From Phycisphaerae bacterium (GTDB lineage: Bacteria; Planctomycetota; Phycisphaerae; UBA1845): a stretch of DNA of 64,000 nt. The stretch's first letter is position 1. Every line of letters starts with the position of its first letter. Under the pieces are notes generated by a model that was given only the letters and a program-made list of their open reading frames with translations, searched no databases and was not told the origin of the DNA. The translations under genes were made by a program, and so were the position numbers. The stretch covers positions 1,696,001 through 1,760,000 of the forward strand of contig CAXXGO010000006.1 of the NCBI GenBank assembly GCA_963666835.2, in the 5' to 3' direction. Shown here piece after piece: positions 10,486 through 20,878 of the stretch.

Positions 10486-11555
10486 ATGAAGAAGCTGTTG
10501 GCAAGTATAGGGATCACTTCGCTGGGTTCGTTGGGCCACCGCTCCGACGCGGGCTCGAGTAGGACCTATGCGGAGGGCGTTCAGCCCCCCCCCTTGATTT
10601 CCTGGAGCCGTACTTTCGAGGTAGGTCTGCCCGCTGGGTTGCTTCCTGGGTTCTCGCGGTAGCATCCATGGTCTTCGGGCCGATTCTGCCTGCCGTGATG
10701 GCTGATGGGGGCGTTGGCGGTGATCGCTCTACCGACCCGCCCACTCTGTTTGATACACTGTGGGGATCCGCCGCTGACGATGACGCCGGGATGTTCATCG
10801 AGGACGGGGTCGTTTCGCTCACCCTGCCGGTCTACGAGGGCGAAGAGGTGGTGGACCTCGAGGAGCTGGATACGGCCCTGTTCGAGGTGCACTTCAGCGA
10901 AACATGGTTCGACGGCTCAGAACTTGGAGGCGACTTCCTGTATGAAGAGGTGGTCGAGGCGGGAGCGTTCACGCGCGAAGAGGAGACGTTCATTCTGGTG
11001 GTGACGAGAACTGAGTTCGTGGTGCAAACTGACGCCGGTGAGGTGCGTATGCAGACTTTCATGCCAATCCTACTGTGCGCTGATCTGCCCGAGGCCATTG
11101 AGTCTGCCGAGAGCCTCGCGGCGTACCGGCCCCCGCCTCCTGGAAGCGGAGAGAAGGAGCGGTTTCGTGAAGACGCCGCGCCGTGCATGGCAATTGCCCC
11201 GGCAGATGTCGGGGATCCTCTGGACCCGACCCCGACACGGGGTGGCGATTTCTGTCTCAGGAAGAAGCAGAGATGCAATAGCGTTGCCTGGAACAATTTC
11301 CAGGCGGAAGCATGGACGGCAGCCGGGGTAGGCATCGGGTTAGCTGCTACTTTGGCTGTTGGGTGTTGCGTTCTTACGGGCCCAATAGGCGCGAAATTGT
11401 GTATCGTCGGCGCGGTGGCTGCCGCGTCGGCTGTCACGGCATGCTACATCGAGTCAGCCCGATACACAATGATGGCAACGCAGACGTTGTGCGGGGACAA
11501 GTACGACGACTGTTGCCGCGACCACCCAGGAGTGTGTGGCAGTGTCCCGGACTGA
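10486..11555 (+). CDS. Putative secreted Cys-rich, bacteriocin-like protein, frameshifted at C9 tract 10585-10593
   Basis: RBS GGAG + ATG 10486 (MKKLL) is in one frame and the body (open 10563-11555) in another; one extra C joins them. C-terminus is Gly/Ala-rich, hydrophobic and Cys-rich. Confidence 0.6.
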
Positions 11556-11937
11556 TCCTCCGCCCCGAGTCAGAAGGGCCCGAGTGTGGTCCGCTACCGC
11601 GCTCTCTGTATCGCCCCTTATCCTCTTGCTCGGGTTGGTGGCGAAGTGGGCCAACTTTGAGTTTTCACCTTACTGGTCGCTCCCACTCCTTAGCGTTTTC
11701 GTGCTCACGACGATTGGCGTGCAAATCAGGTATGAGTTTCGCGAGAAGGCCAAGGAGGCCGAAGGATACCGGCCCTGCAGTAAGTGCTCGTATGACCTGC
11801 GCGGTCAGCCGGACTATGACGTCAACGGCGCCCGGAAGTGCCCGGAATGTGGCACGATCAGCGAGCGCCCCGATTGGGAGCCGCGAATACGCGAACTCTG
11901 GCGGAACTCGACGCTCAGGCGCATCCTGAAGAAGTGA
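11536..11937 (+). CDS. Small 2-TM protein with Zn-ribbon (CSKCSYDLRG..CPECG)
   Basis: Two hydrophobic helices followed by paired CxxC; abuts or overlaps the upstream gene end. Confidence 0.75.
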   Translation: MAVSRTDPPPRVRRARVWSATALSVSPLILLLGLVAKWANFEFSPYWSLPLLSVFVLTTIGVQIRYEFREKAKEAEGYRPCSKCSYDLRGQPDYDVNGARKCPECGTISERPDWEPRIRELWRNSTLRRILKK

Positions 11938-12015
11938 AGATCGGACCGTCTGAGCCGGGCTGGCCGGGTCGAGGCACGAGAACTGCAACAGGCTCGCGCG
12001 ATACGTGACGGCTGC

Positions 12016-12295
12016 GGCAGGTCTCGTGCCTCGACCGTGCCCTACGGGTCGGGCGTGTTGTATGAAGGTCGAGCGTTCGGTGCGGTTTGAGAAGTTGCGG
12101 CAGGTCTCGTGCCTCGACCGTGCCCTACGGGTCGGGCGTGTTGTGTGAAGGCCGAGCGTTCGGTGTGGTTTGAGAGGTTGCGGCAGGTCTCGTGCCTCGA
12201 CCGTGCCCTACGGGTCGGGCGTGTTGTATGAAGGTCGAGCGTTCGGTGCGGTTTGAGAAGTTGCGGCAGGTCTCGTGCCTCGACCGTGCCCTACG
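12016..12295 (-). repeat. Tandem REP1 array, 83-bp period, 4 REPs
   Basis: GTCTCG at 12021, 12104, 12187, 12270; spacers are near-identical. Confidence 0.95.
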
Positions 12296-12423
12296 GGCAG
12301 GGTGCCTGCGTTACGTGAACGACGCGGCCCTGCGGAATCGGCGGCATTATGCGAAGCGGCCCCGGATCGGGTTGACCCGGGGCCGCTATCATCAACGCAC
12401 GGTTTGTTACCGCGCCGGTTTTG

Positions 12424-14355
12424 TTACTTGCCGACGGCCAGCACCAGGCTCCGCGTTGCCTTCAGCTTATTGACGGCCTCGCGCAGACCGGCGAATTCCG
12501 CAGCCGAGACTCGCTCGCGGTCGATCGTAATCTCGCGGTGGAAATGCACGTTCTTGCCGTCGATCTCCACCGTCTGAACAGCCCGGCCCCAACGTCCGGT
12601 GATTGGCTCGAGCGATTCCGGCACGATTACGGCCTGCCACTCTTCCGGCAACTCGATCAGCAGGTCGACCTGCTCGTTCAAACGGCCGCCGATCCAAACA
12701 TCGCTCCTCCGCTCGGACGCCCCGAGCGGCAGCGGGATACTGCCCAAGAACGCCGGACCGTCGCCCAGCTTCAGCATGTGCCGCCCGCCGTAGGTCTCGA
12801 GCGCGTCCGCGGAGGCAACCGAAGCCGTGGCCTTGAACACCTTCTCCGACAGCTTCGCGACGGAATGGCTCGTGACGTCCAACCCGCTGAGAACGTGCCC
12901 GACCGTACCCGTAACCTGCGACTTCTGGGCGCCGGCCGTCTCCAGCCTCTTGGGAACATAGAACGCACCGGTTGCACGGATTCGCATATCGCCGGACGCC
13001 TTGCCGTCCTTGTCGATGGTGATTTTGCCTGCAATCTGAAGATCGCTCGGCTTCTTCTCGCCGCGGGCGTGAATGTAGTTCGTCACGAGCGATCCGGCGG
13101 CGTCACGCCCGATCAACCAGTGCCGTCCCCACGAGCCCGGATTCATGAAGACCCCGTGCTGCGGGTGCACGTACATCGGACCATCTTCAACATCCGCCAC
13201 GACTACGGCATCAATCCCGGAAGCAATCGGTACGACCTCGTCCGATTTGTCCCACGCCGCGGAGGGGACCCCAACCATGGCCGACGCGTCAATGCCCAAC
13301 GAACGCACCGCGGCCAGCAGCAATGCCGCCGACTCCAACCGGTTACCGTAGTTTGCCTGCAGAACGTCCGCGGCAGGGCGGCAGGACAGCCCGTGCATCG
13401 CCTTTGCGTCGCTTACGAAATTGAACGAGTCGTGGATCTTCTTGGCCAGCAGACGAACGCGCTCCGCCGCGTCCGGCTCGCCCTCAACGGTGGCCTCGGC
13501 AAACTCTTTAATCGTCCCGTTGCCCGCGCCGGCTTGGTTTACCCGGCCCGCGGTCGCTCGTTCCCAGGTCTCCAGATCCGCACAGGTTGTGAACCGCAGG
13601 CGCGGGCACTGCATCTGCCACACCGGGGCATGGTGCTCCGCGCGGGCTCCGGCAAGATCCTGCATCTTCCAGGCGTAGGTGGTAGCCGGTCCCCAGCCTA
13701 CCACCGTAGAGGTCTTTCCGAACTGGGCGCCCGGGTCGCGGTCTATCTGGTAATGGAAGGGGCCTTCGGTCGGCACGGTCACAGAGACTAGCCGCTCGAC
13801 AATCGGATACTCATCATTGAGCCGCACATCCCCTTCGAGCCAGGGCAACACTCCGGCCGGAGTCACGACTTCGTAGTCCAGCTCCAACACACAGTCGGCC
13901 TCTATTCCGCTGAATGACACGATCTGGTCACGCCATGCAGCGTACTCCGGCCAGCCCACAATCTCGTCCGGAGCGGCGATATTGAACGAGTAATCCGGCA
14001 CCGGCAGAACGGTACCGTCCGCCGTTGTAGTCTGCGCCTTGTGGATGATCAGCTCTTCCTGTTCATTCACGAAAGCGAGGCGGGGGTCGCCATACCGGTC
14101 GATCGGGCGAACGTTGAACAGCTTCACCCATTTGTGGTCCCGCCGCTGGACTGTGCCGTCGGTCTTGATCGTCCAATACTGCTCCCATTTGAGGATCACG
14201 GCGTCATCGCCGGGAAAGTCGGCCTGTTTGATGCTCAGATCGACCGCGCCCGCGTGCGCGGCGGCGCAACCGAACATGGCCGCCGCCAGGGTAAGAAAAG
14301 CCATCGCAAACGTGCCACACCGAAAGACCCTCATACTCAGTCTGCTATGCTGCAT
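12424..14355 (-). CDS. DUF3857 + transglutaminase-like + DUF3858-like exported protein, catalytic Cys apparently absent
   Basis: DAVILK, G.E..CVLELDYE, PAADVLQANYGNRLESAALL, C-terminal FAGLREAV; signal peptide. Confidence 0.8.
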   Translation of the reverse strand: MQHSRLSMRVFRCGTFAMAFLTLAAAMFGCAAAHAGAVDLSIKQADFPGDDAVILKWEQYWTIKTDGTVQRRDHKWVKLFNVRPIDRYGDPRLAFVNEQEELIIHKAQTTTADGTVLPVPDYSFNIAAPDEIVGWPEYAAWRDQIVSFSGIEADCVLELDYEVVTPAGVLPWLEGDVRLNDEYPIVERLVSVTVPTEGPFHYQIDRDPGAQFGKTSTVVGWGPATTYAWKMQDLAGARAEHHAPVWQMQCPRLRFTTCADLETWERATAGRVNQAGAGNGTIKEFAEATVEGEPDAAERVRLLAKKIHDSFNFVSDAKAMHGLSCRPAADVLQANYGNRLESAALLLAAVRSLGIDASAMVGVPSAAWDKSDEVVPIASGIDAVVVADVEDGPMYVHPQHGVFMNPGSWGRHWLIGRDAAGSLVTNYIHARGEKKPSDLQIAGKITIDKDGKASGDMRIRATGAFYVPKRLETAGAQKSQVTGTVGHVLSGLDVTSHSVAKLSEKVFKATASVASADALETYGGRHMLKLGDGPAFLGSIPLPLGASERRSDVWIGGRLNEQVDLLIELPEEWQAVIVPESLEPITGRWGRAVQTVEIDGKNVHFHREITIDRERVSAAEFAGLREAVNKLKATRSLVLAVGK

Positions 14356-14526
14356 TATGTATTACCTCGTCTGGGCCCACCTGCGGGGCCAATGGGGTTA
14401 TTCCCTCAGCCTTCCCCGGGCTGCCGAGATGTAAACGGTAACCATGCTCCGTTGCCGTATTTTCTCACCGCCCGTTGATGGCTGGTTGCGTCTCATTCTT
14501 ACGCTTTCCGTTGGTCCGCCGGAGTT

Positions 14527-16572
14527 CTACCGCGAGGCGACTTGCGTATCCTCGTCACCCTCGGTGCATACGATCCAGTCGTTGGCGATCTTGTTCATGG
14601 CATCGACGGCCTTCTTGTATTCCGGATACTCGTCCGCCGGTACTTCGCCCTTCTTGAGCGTCAACTCGAACCGATAGGTCAGCTCGCCGTCGCCCGGCTC
14701 GATCTCGAACTTCATCGCCGCCGATTCGGAATCCATGCTCACGGGGTCCGGAGTATGTGCGATCTTCCAGCCGTTCGGCAGCTTGATCGTCTCCTCGTAA
14801 CGCAGCAGTCGAGTCGCCCAGAACCGCATAGTATACTTACGTTCCTTGGCACTGCCCGGGTCCATATGCGACGCTCTGAAGAACCGATTCAGCGGGTGGG
14901 ACATCAGCGGCAGACGGAACAGGTGCAGACCGTCGCCCCCGGCCGCATAGCCGTCCGCCGTCACCTTCATGTCGACAAACCCGTCTTGCGAGTAATCGTA
15001 CGGATCGATCATCTTAAGTCCGGAGACCCGAGCGTTCGGGGCGATGTTGATCGCTTCCTCGAAGGCGGCTTGGCGATCCGGGACCGGCATGCCGTTCACC
15101 GCCCGCCGCAGTCGGTTGTCGGCCGCTCCGTGCAGGTCAAACAACAAATGCGAAGAGAGCTTGCCGTCCGCGTCGATCTTCGCGTCGCTGCGAACGAATC
15201 GCATGTTGTACTCGGGCTCGTAGTGCGGCGAGAGGGTCTGATCCTGTCCCTCCGGCGTGCCGTATACCAGCCCCTGCAAGTCCTCGAAGCTCGACCACAT
15301 TCCCCGGGTCAGCGGCACCCACGTCGGGTCGAGGACCATGAAACTGCCGTCTTTGTTACGCATAACCGTGACCGTGTGGTTGAACTGGTCCGCCGGGACC
15401 CGCTCTACTCGCGACCCGGCCATGGTCAACGCCGGGTATACCTCGTGGCCGAGGACCCGCATCATGGTCACGGCCATGCCGGCCTTGTCCTTGCATACTC
15501 CGCCCCGGTCTCGGAACGTATTGATGCTCTTGTGCAGCGTGTATCCCTCGCGCGGGCCGCCCTGTTTGGTGCCGTAGTACCGGACGTGGTCAGCCACCCA
15601 GTGTACCACGGCCTCGATCTTCTCCATTTCGGTCTTTAGCCCCTTGGTCAGCTCGGCCACCTTCGCCCTGATGGCGTCGTCCGCCTCGAACTGCGGCTCG
15701 TTGACCTCGTAGAACCAGCGCGATTTGGCGTGCCAGTCTTCCAGGGTGGCCATGACCACCTTCGGAACGCAGTCATCCAAAGCGACCATCCGCGGCTCAC
15801 TCTTGACGGCCGGGATGTCCTCGGCCCACCACGAATGGACCAGGTAATCGCCGTCGAACCACAAGGACGACTTCAGTTCCCCGTTGTACACCTCATACTG
15901 GACCGGCATGTCTTTGGGCATATACACCGAATACCGCTTCTTGAGGATGGGGTTGTGACCCTGGAACAGCGTGACCTCATACCAGTGCCCGGCCATCGGC
16001 GGGATCAGGCCCTCGCCGGCGTCCCGGCCGCCCGCTCCGGCGCCCCCCCCGGAGTCGGCCAGGTAGGCGATGTTGAACCCGATTTTGCTCGTGCGAATCT
16101 CCAGAGAATCGCCGATTTCCAGCCGTGGAATCGCCAACAGGTGCTCGAGTCCCTCCCAGTAGATCATGTGTAACGCGGACGGCGGGGTGATGAGCGTCGA
16201 CAGGTCGACATCTTCAATAGTCCCGTCCTTGCGATGGATCCGCACGGCCTTGATGGTTACCCGGTAGGTGTCCGGGTCGAACTGCCATCGCAGCACCGAG
16301 CGCGAACGGACCCCGGCGTCCGTCAGGATCTTGATTACCTGACAGGCCTCGGTCGTCGCCAAGCCGCTTTTCTGAACGTAGACGTCCGCTTCGTCGAGCA
16401 CATAGACGAAGTCGGCGTTGTCGTAGTCCTTCGCTCCCTTAGCGGAAGCGATCATCTCCTTGATCTGCTCGTCGGTGGCCGGCTGCGGTGGCTCGGCCAT
16501 CGCCGGCACCGCGTACCATGCCATCAGTCCAAACAGCAGAACCCGTGTGGTCAAACTCATCGTTTTCTTCAT
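14527..16572 (-). CDS. DUF3857 + transglutaminase-like exported protein
   Basis: WVADHVRYY, GVCKDKA, QFNHT, LDPT give a Cys-His-Asp triad; signal peptide MKKTMSLTT. The longer ORF runs into repeats. Confidence 0.88.
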   Translation of the reverse strand: MKKTMSLTTRVLLFGLMAWYAVPAMAEPPQPATDEQIKEMIASAKGAKDYDNADFVYVLDEADVYVQKSGLATTEACQVIKILTDAGVRSRSVLRWQFDPDTYRVTIKAVRIHRKDGTIEDVDLSTLITPPSALHMIYWEGLEHLLAIPRLEIGDSLEIRTSKIGFNIAYLADSGGGAGAGGRDAGEGLIPPMAGHWYEVTLFQGHNPILKKRYSVYMPKDMPVQYEVYNGELKSSLWFDGDYLVHSWWAEDIPAVKSEPRMVALDDCVPKVVMATLEDWHAKSRWFYEVNEPQFEADDAIRAKVAELTKGLKTEMEKIEAVVHWVADHVRYYGTKQGGPREGYTLHKSINTFRDRGGVCKDKAGMAVTMMRVLGHEVYPALTMAGSRVERVPADQFNHTVTVMRNKDGSFMVLDPTWVPLTRGMWSSFEDLQGLVYGTPEGQDQTLSPHYEPEYNMRFVRSDAKIDADGKLSSHLLFDLHGAADNRLRRAVNGMPVPDRQAAFEEAINIAPNARVSGLKMIDPYDYSQDGFVDMKVTADGYAAGGDGLHLFRLPLMSHPLNRFFRASHMDPGSAKERKYTMRFWATRLLRYEETIKLPNGWKIAHTPDPVSMDSESAAMKFEIEPGDGELTYRFELTLKKGEVPADEYPEYKKAVDAMNKIANDWIVCTEGDEDTQVASR

Positions 16573-16967
16573 GGGGTTGTCCCTGTCGCTACCTTTCGAG
16601 ATCGCTCGCCCGATACGATACGCTCCCACTCCCCGCGTCTGCGCAAACAGCGGGCAGATAGGCAATCTAGCGGAAAACGACGAGTTTTTCCAATGACGGA
16701 GTGGACCTCGGTTCGGGGCACGGGAAACGTGTGAAGAGCCGACGGAAAGCGGCGGGCGAAGGTGTTGCGGCGGCCGTAGATCTTTCATCGCCCAGGGCGT
16801 TGGCCGGCGAAACGGGGGGAATCTCGCGACAGCGACCGCTCGCCGACCTGCACGGTGCCGCGGGTAACACCCCGATCGGTCTCCCGATCGCGCCCCGGGC
16901 AGCGCCCAGGCGACAAGATCATACAACTTGTCCGCCTCAGGTTCGCCCTTCGTCCGGTATGCCCCTC

Positions 16968-17517
16968 GTAGGGCACGGTCGAGGAACGAGACCTGCCGCA
17001 ACGCTCAACCACCTCCCTGACCGTAACACGCGACACAATCCCTACGGGTCAACAAGTTGACCCAGACCACCCACCAGATCCGGCGCCCTTCGTAGGGCAC
17101 GGTCGAGGAACGAGACCTGCCGCAAACACCCGCGGCCCACGAGACTCGCGTCGCGATTCGAGTCCCCCACCTCCAAAGAGGTGAGCCACCCGGCCAACGT
17201 GTCCGCCTTCGTGGCAGGTCTCGTACCTCGACCTGCCCTACAACCGCTACGCCACCCCGTAGGGCAGGTCGAGGAACGAGACCTGCCATCGACTGCTGCA
17301 AGCCTGCGCTACGCCCTTCGTAGGGCATGGTCGAGGAACGAGACCTGCCGCAAACACCCGCGGCCCACGAGACTCGCGTCGCGATTCGAGTCCCCCACCT
17401 CCAAAGAGGTGAGCCACCCGGCCAACGTGTTCGCCTTCGTGGCAGGTCTCGTACCTCGACCTGCCCTACAACCGCTACGCCACCCCGTAGGGCACGGTCG
17501 AGGAACGAGACCTGCCG
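16968..17517. repeat. REP1 cluster (7 copies) including a duplicated 228-bp unit with inverted REP doublets
   Basis: GTAGGGC at 17092 and 17320 start near-identical units containing +, -, + REP copies. Confidence 0.92.
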
Positions 17518-17538
17518 TGAGCTTCTTTCTCGGTCGGT

Positions 17539-17587
17539 AAAAAAGAGGAAGGCAGCGTATGACGTTGCCGCCACACGCTGCCTCCTC
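17539..17587 (-). terminator. Rho-independent terminator
   Basis: Minus strand GAGGAGGCAGCGT..ACGCTGCCTTCCTC followed by TTTTTT, 54 bp after the stop at 17641. Confidence 0.75.
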
Positions 17588-17640
17588 AAGGTTCGAGCCT
17601 AGAAAGAGCCGAAACCCTTCCTAGTCCGACTTACGTTCAA

Positions 17641-20277
17641 CTAGCGAACGCGCTTCACCTTCTGGATCTGGACAGCACCCTGTGCGTACAGAGCCATGTC
17701 CTCGAGGTTCAGACGTCCGTCGTTGTTGATATCACCAGCGGCCAGCTCACCGCGACCGTCGCGGATGAGTTCCTTCACGCTGATGTCGAGCACCGGCTCC
17801 GAAGCGCCGGCGGTCGCGTAACCGCAGCACCCGAGCTTGCTCTCAGCCATGAAGTTGGCGTCGATGAGATCGAAGTCGTCCACGTCCACGATGCCGTCAC
17901 CGTTCAGGTCGGCATTCGGGAACGAACCGTACGCACAGTCTTCGCCACACTCGGTGTTACCGGTGCCGTAATCCGCACCGATCTGCCACATGTAGACACC
18001 GAAGTCCAGAACGTCAACGTGGTTCGGGCCATTGTCGCCAACCTGATAGAAGTCCAGGTTACCCGGGACCAACCAGTTGCCGCCAATCAGCGGATCGCCC
18101 TTGAAGACGACCTTCCAATTGCCCGTAACCTCGTCGCACTCGATGTCGCTGAACGAACGCAGCGTATGGAGCGGATCACGCGCCTCGATGCACTCGAAGT
18201 TGCCCTTATCCACATCCAGCGTCGCCGTGCCGTGGTTCGGGAAGTTGTACGGCGGACCGAACGTGACTTCCGCGCAAACCGTCTGCGGGGCGGCGCAGTT
18301 GTAGATCAGGTCGAACATGATGCAACGCGTCAGAGCGCCCGGAACGACCGCCGGCGAGAGGTCAACCTCAACGTCCAGGGTCTGCTTGTCCGAAACATTG
18401 ACGGTCCAGACACACTCGGCAGTGCTCTCGCACTCATTCTCCGCGATGCAGTGGAAGTACGTCTTACCCTGCGGGAAGTTGCCACCGTTCATGATCATGT
18501 CCTGCGAAATCGGCAGGCCACCATCGTGCTCGGCAATGCAAACAACGTCCAAAGCGCCCAGGCACTCGTCCTCGGCGTAAGGCGGATCCCACAGAACCTC
18601 GGCATCGACAACGCCGCAGTCCACATTCACGTCGGCACCCTCGGGGCAGACGATCGTGACTTCGCCGTCGAGGACGATTTCCTCGCTGCAACCACAGTTG
18701 TCCAGCGGAACATTCGCACCGTGGTAGTCACCCAGCAGGGTGTTGTACGGGTTCTCGCTGATGAAGCACATACCACACGGGTCGCACTCGCCCAGCTTCA
18801 CGAACTCGATGCAGGCCATGTCGTACGGACCGACCGTGCCCGAATTCGGGGTCATCGCATCGTCAGCCGCCAGAACGGCGTACCAGATCTTACCGGCAAC
18901 TTCGTCGACCCAGGAGTCAACCTCCAGCAGGAACTGATCGTCACCTTCGCACGGTCCGATGCCTACGAACTCGAGACAGGTCGGATCATACGTCATCAGG
19001 AACTGACCACTCGTTACGATTGCGGAACCGGCACCCATGGAGACCGAAGCGATGACCGGGTCACCTTCTTCGTAGCAGACCCCGTCGAACTCGATACACA
19101 GCGGAGTCTCGAGGCTGCAATCGCAATAGCCGAACATCGGTGAGGACGTATCCTCGTTCTCGCAGAACCAGCCCTCGGGGCAATCAGCCAGCACGGTGCA
19201 GGGAATCATCTCGTCCGCCGGGAAGTCACCCGAACATGCCGTCGGATCGGCCGTACCGTCGCAGACGTCATCGATCGAGCACGGGTTGCCGTCATCGCAA
19301 ACCGTATCGGCCGGCAACGCGTTGTGGGCAACGTCACCGGTGTTAGGATTACAGATGTCCTCGGTGCAGATGATGCCGTCATCGATTGGCGTCAACGCAG
19401 CGCCGTCCGGATCGCAGCAGTCGGTCAGGACGTTGTACGTTGGTGTGTTGTGGCACATGCAGGTTTCGCACGTGTCTTCGGTGCAGTCATTGCCATCGTT
19501 GCAGTTGGCGTCGTCGAGGCACGTGCAGCAGGGTGTCGCGCACGTCTCGCCCGCGTAGAACATGTAGGCCTTGCCCGGATCGGTAAGAGCATCACATTCG
19601 GCTTCCGTGATACCGTCAGCGCAACCGAGGCCCGGGCCGAGGTTGTAGCAGCACTGGCCCGTGACAATCGTCACGAGACCGGTCGTGCGAACCAGACCCG
19701 GAATCAACTCGGCGATATCGTTGTTCAAGAACGTCTTCGACGAGTCCGGGTTCAACGTGATCTCGTACGTGCCCTTCGCGGCAGCCGGGATGTCCAGGAG
19801 CAGCGTAGCACCGTACTGGATAATACCCGGGTCGGGCGGGAAACCACCCATGCAGGTCGAACCCATCTCGTAGTCCAACGTGCCGACGAACACCGCGGCC
19901 AGCGGCGTACGGCCGAAGTACACGAAGTCCGTCCGGGTGGTGTCAATCCACAACCCGTCTTCGGTCAGCGGGTTGAGCGGACCAATGTCCGCGCCAACGC
20001 CGTTGCTGTACGAAGCCGCGCTATCCAACGTACCCTGATAGGCACCCAGCAGCGGCGCCCCGGGAGCCTCACCCCAACCGCTAACCTTCAACTCGAGCGT
20101 GACGGTAACACCGCCGGCCGGAATCAGAATCTCAGACGGCGTACCCGGCGTGCCCATGTTGTCGATGATCGTATACGTCCCCGACGACCCGACCGGCTGC
20201 CACCTGAGCTCTTGGCCACTAGCGCTTACCGTAAGCAGCCCAACAACCAAAACACAACACAACCTACTTGCTTTCAT
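17641..20277 (-). CDS. Large secreted acidic Cys-rich protein with DDG..CT.D.C repeats, cohesin-like, HYR-like and dockerin/EF-hand-like regions
   Basis: RBS GGAGGT + MKASRLCC signal peptide; CNDGNDCTEDTC, CDDGNPCSIDDVC; DLNGDGIVDVDDF, GDINNDGRLNLED. Confidence 0.85.
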   Translation of the reverse strand: MKASRLCCVLVVGLLTVSASGQELRWQPVGSSGTYTIIDNMGTPGTPSEILIPAGGVTVTLELKVSGWGEAPGAPLLGAYQGTLDSAASYSNGVGADIGPLNPLTEDGLWIDTTRTDFVYFGRTPLAAVFVGTLDYEMGSTCMGGFPPDPGIIQYGATLLLDIPAAAKGTYEITLNPDSSKTFLNNDIAELIPGLVRTTGLVTIVTGQCCYNLGPGLGCADGITEAECDALTDPGKAYMFYAGETCATPCCTCLDDANCNDGNDCTEDTCETCMCHNTPTYNVLTDCCDPDGAALTPIDDGIICTEDICNPNTGDVAHNALPADTVCDDGNPCSIDDVCDGTADPTACSGDFPADEMIPCTVLADCPEGWFCENEDTSSPMFGYCDCSLETPLCIEFDGVCYEEGDPVIASVSMGAGSAIVTSGQFLMTYDPTCLEFVGIGPCEGDDQFLLEVDSWVDEVAGKIWYAVLAADDAMTPNSGTVGPYDMACIEFVKLGECDPCGMCFISENPYNTLLGDYHGANVPLDNCGCSEEIVLDGEVTIVCPEGADVNVDCGVVDAEVLWDPPYAEDECLGALDVVCIAEHDGGLPISQDMIMNGGNFPQGKTYFHCIAENECESTAECVWTVNVSDKQTLDVEVDLSPAVVPGALTRCIMFDLIYNCAAPQTVCAEVTFGPPYNFPNHGTATLDVDKGNFECIEARDPLHTLRSFSDIECDEVTGNWKVVFKGDPLIGGNWLVPGNLDFYQVGDNGPNHVDVLDFGVYMWQIGADYGTGNTECGEDCAYGSFPNADLNGDGIVDVDDFDLIDANFMAESKLGCCGYATAGASEPVLDISVKELIRDGRGELAAGDINNDGRLNLEDMALYAQGAVQIQKVKRVR

Positions 20278-20647
20278 CTTCCGGACCTCCGATTCTCTTA
20301 ATGCGCAAGCGCGCATACCACGGAACCAACTCGGTCTGAAACGCACATCCAAGCTAAAGTCTGCCGGGGCAGCTCGGCCAAGCCCGAGCCACCATGAACT
20401 GCACACAAAACTACGAGTTAGCTAAACGGGCACTTTACTAGCCGTCATTATAGCAGAACGGACGTATACGATGCAAGGGGATTCCCGGGCAGATTCACCC
20501 GAGTTCTGGATTATCCACAGTTTTCGACGGGAGAATCTCTCGGTCGATTCCGCTGGGCCGCCTCATCCAGGGGGGGGTGGTGTCTGTACGCAATTACCGT
20601 CAAAGAAACAGCCTTCCCCGCCTCTCGCCCACGTGTCCGCCTTCGTG

Positions 20648-20790
20648 GCCGGTCTCGTGCCTCGACCTGCCCTACCGCTCTTCGCACGACACGACCGCTC
20701 GTAGGGCACGGTCGAGGAACGAGACCTGCCGCAAGCGCTCCGCACAACACGACCCTGCTCGTAGGGCAGGGTCAAGGAACGAGACCCACC
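20648..20790. repeat. REP1 cluster (3 copies)
   Basis: Copies at 20648 (-), 20701 (+), 20761 (+). Confidence 0.88.
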
Positions 20791-20878
20791 GTCACCGTGC
20801 TGCGCTTGGGGGGTGTTTCACAAAGAGCCCTGGAGATACCGGTTTGAATGCCTCCCGGCAGTCCTGCTCATCCGGGAT

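Noticed and set aside
10660..10668. TAG readthrough (pyrrolysine) joining the 10402 and 10668 ORFs
   Set aside because: The two ORFs are in different frames; the poly-C indel explains the split.
12016..12295. CRISPR-like spacing (30-bp palindromic repeat + ~53-bp spacer); also the arrays at 2093, 27273 and 50375
   Set aside because: Spacers are near-identical within each array, the repeat is dispersed in both orientations, and there are no cas genes or leader.
16573..17001. N-terminal extension of the 824-aa ORF (similar extensions at 34352, 38747, 52495, 20406)
   Set aside because: Run-on into REP or intergenic DNA; better starts with RBS or signal peptide lie downstream.
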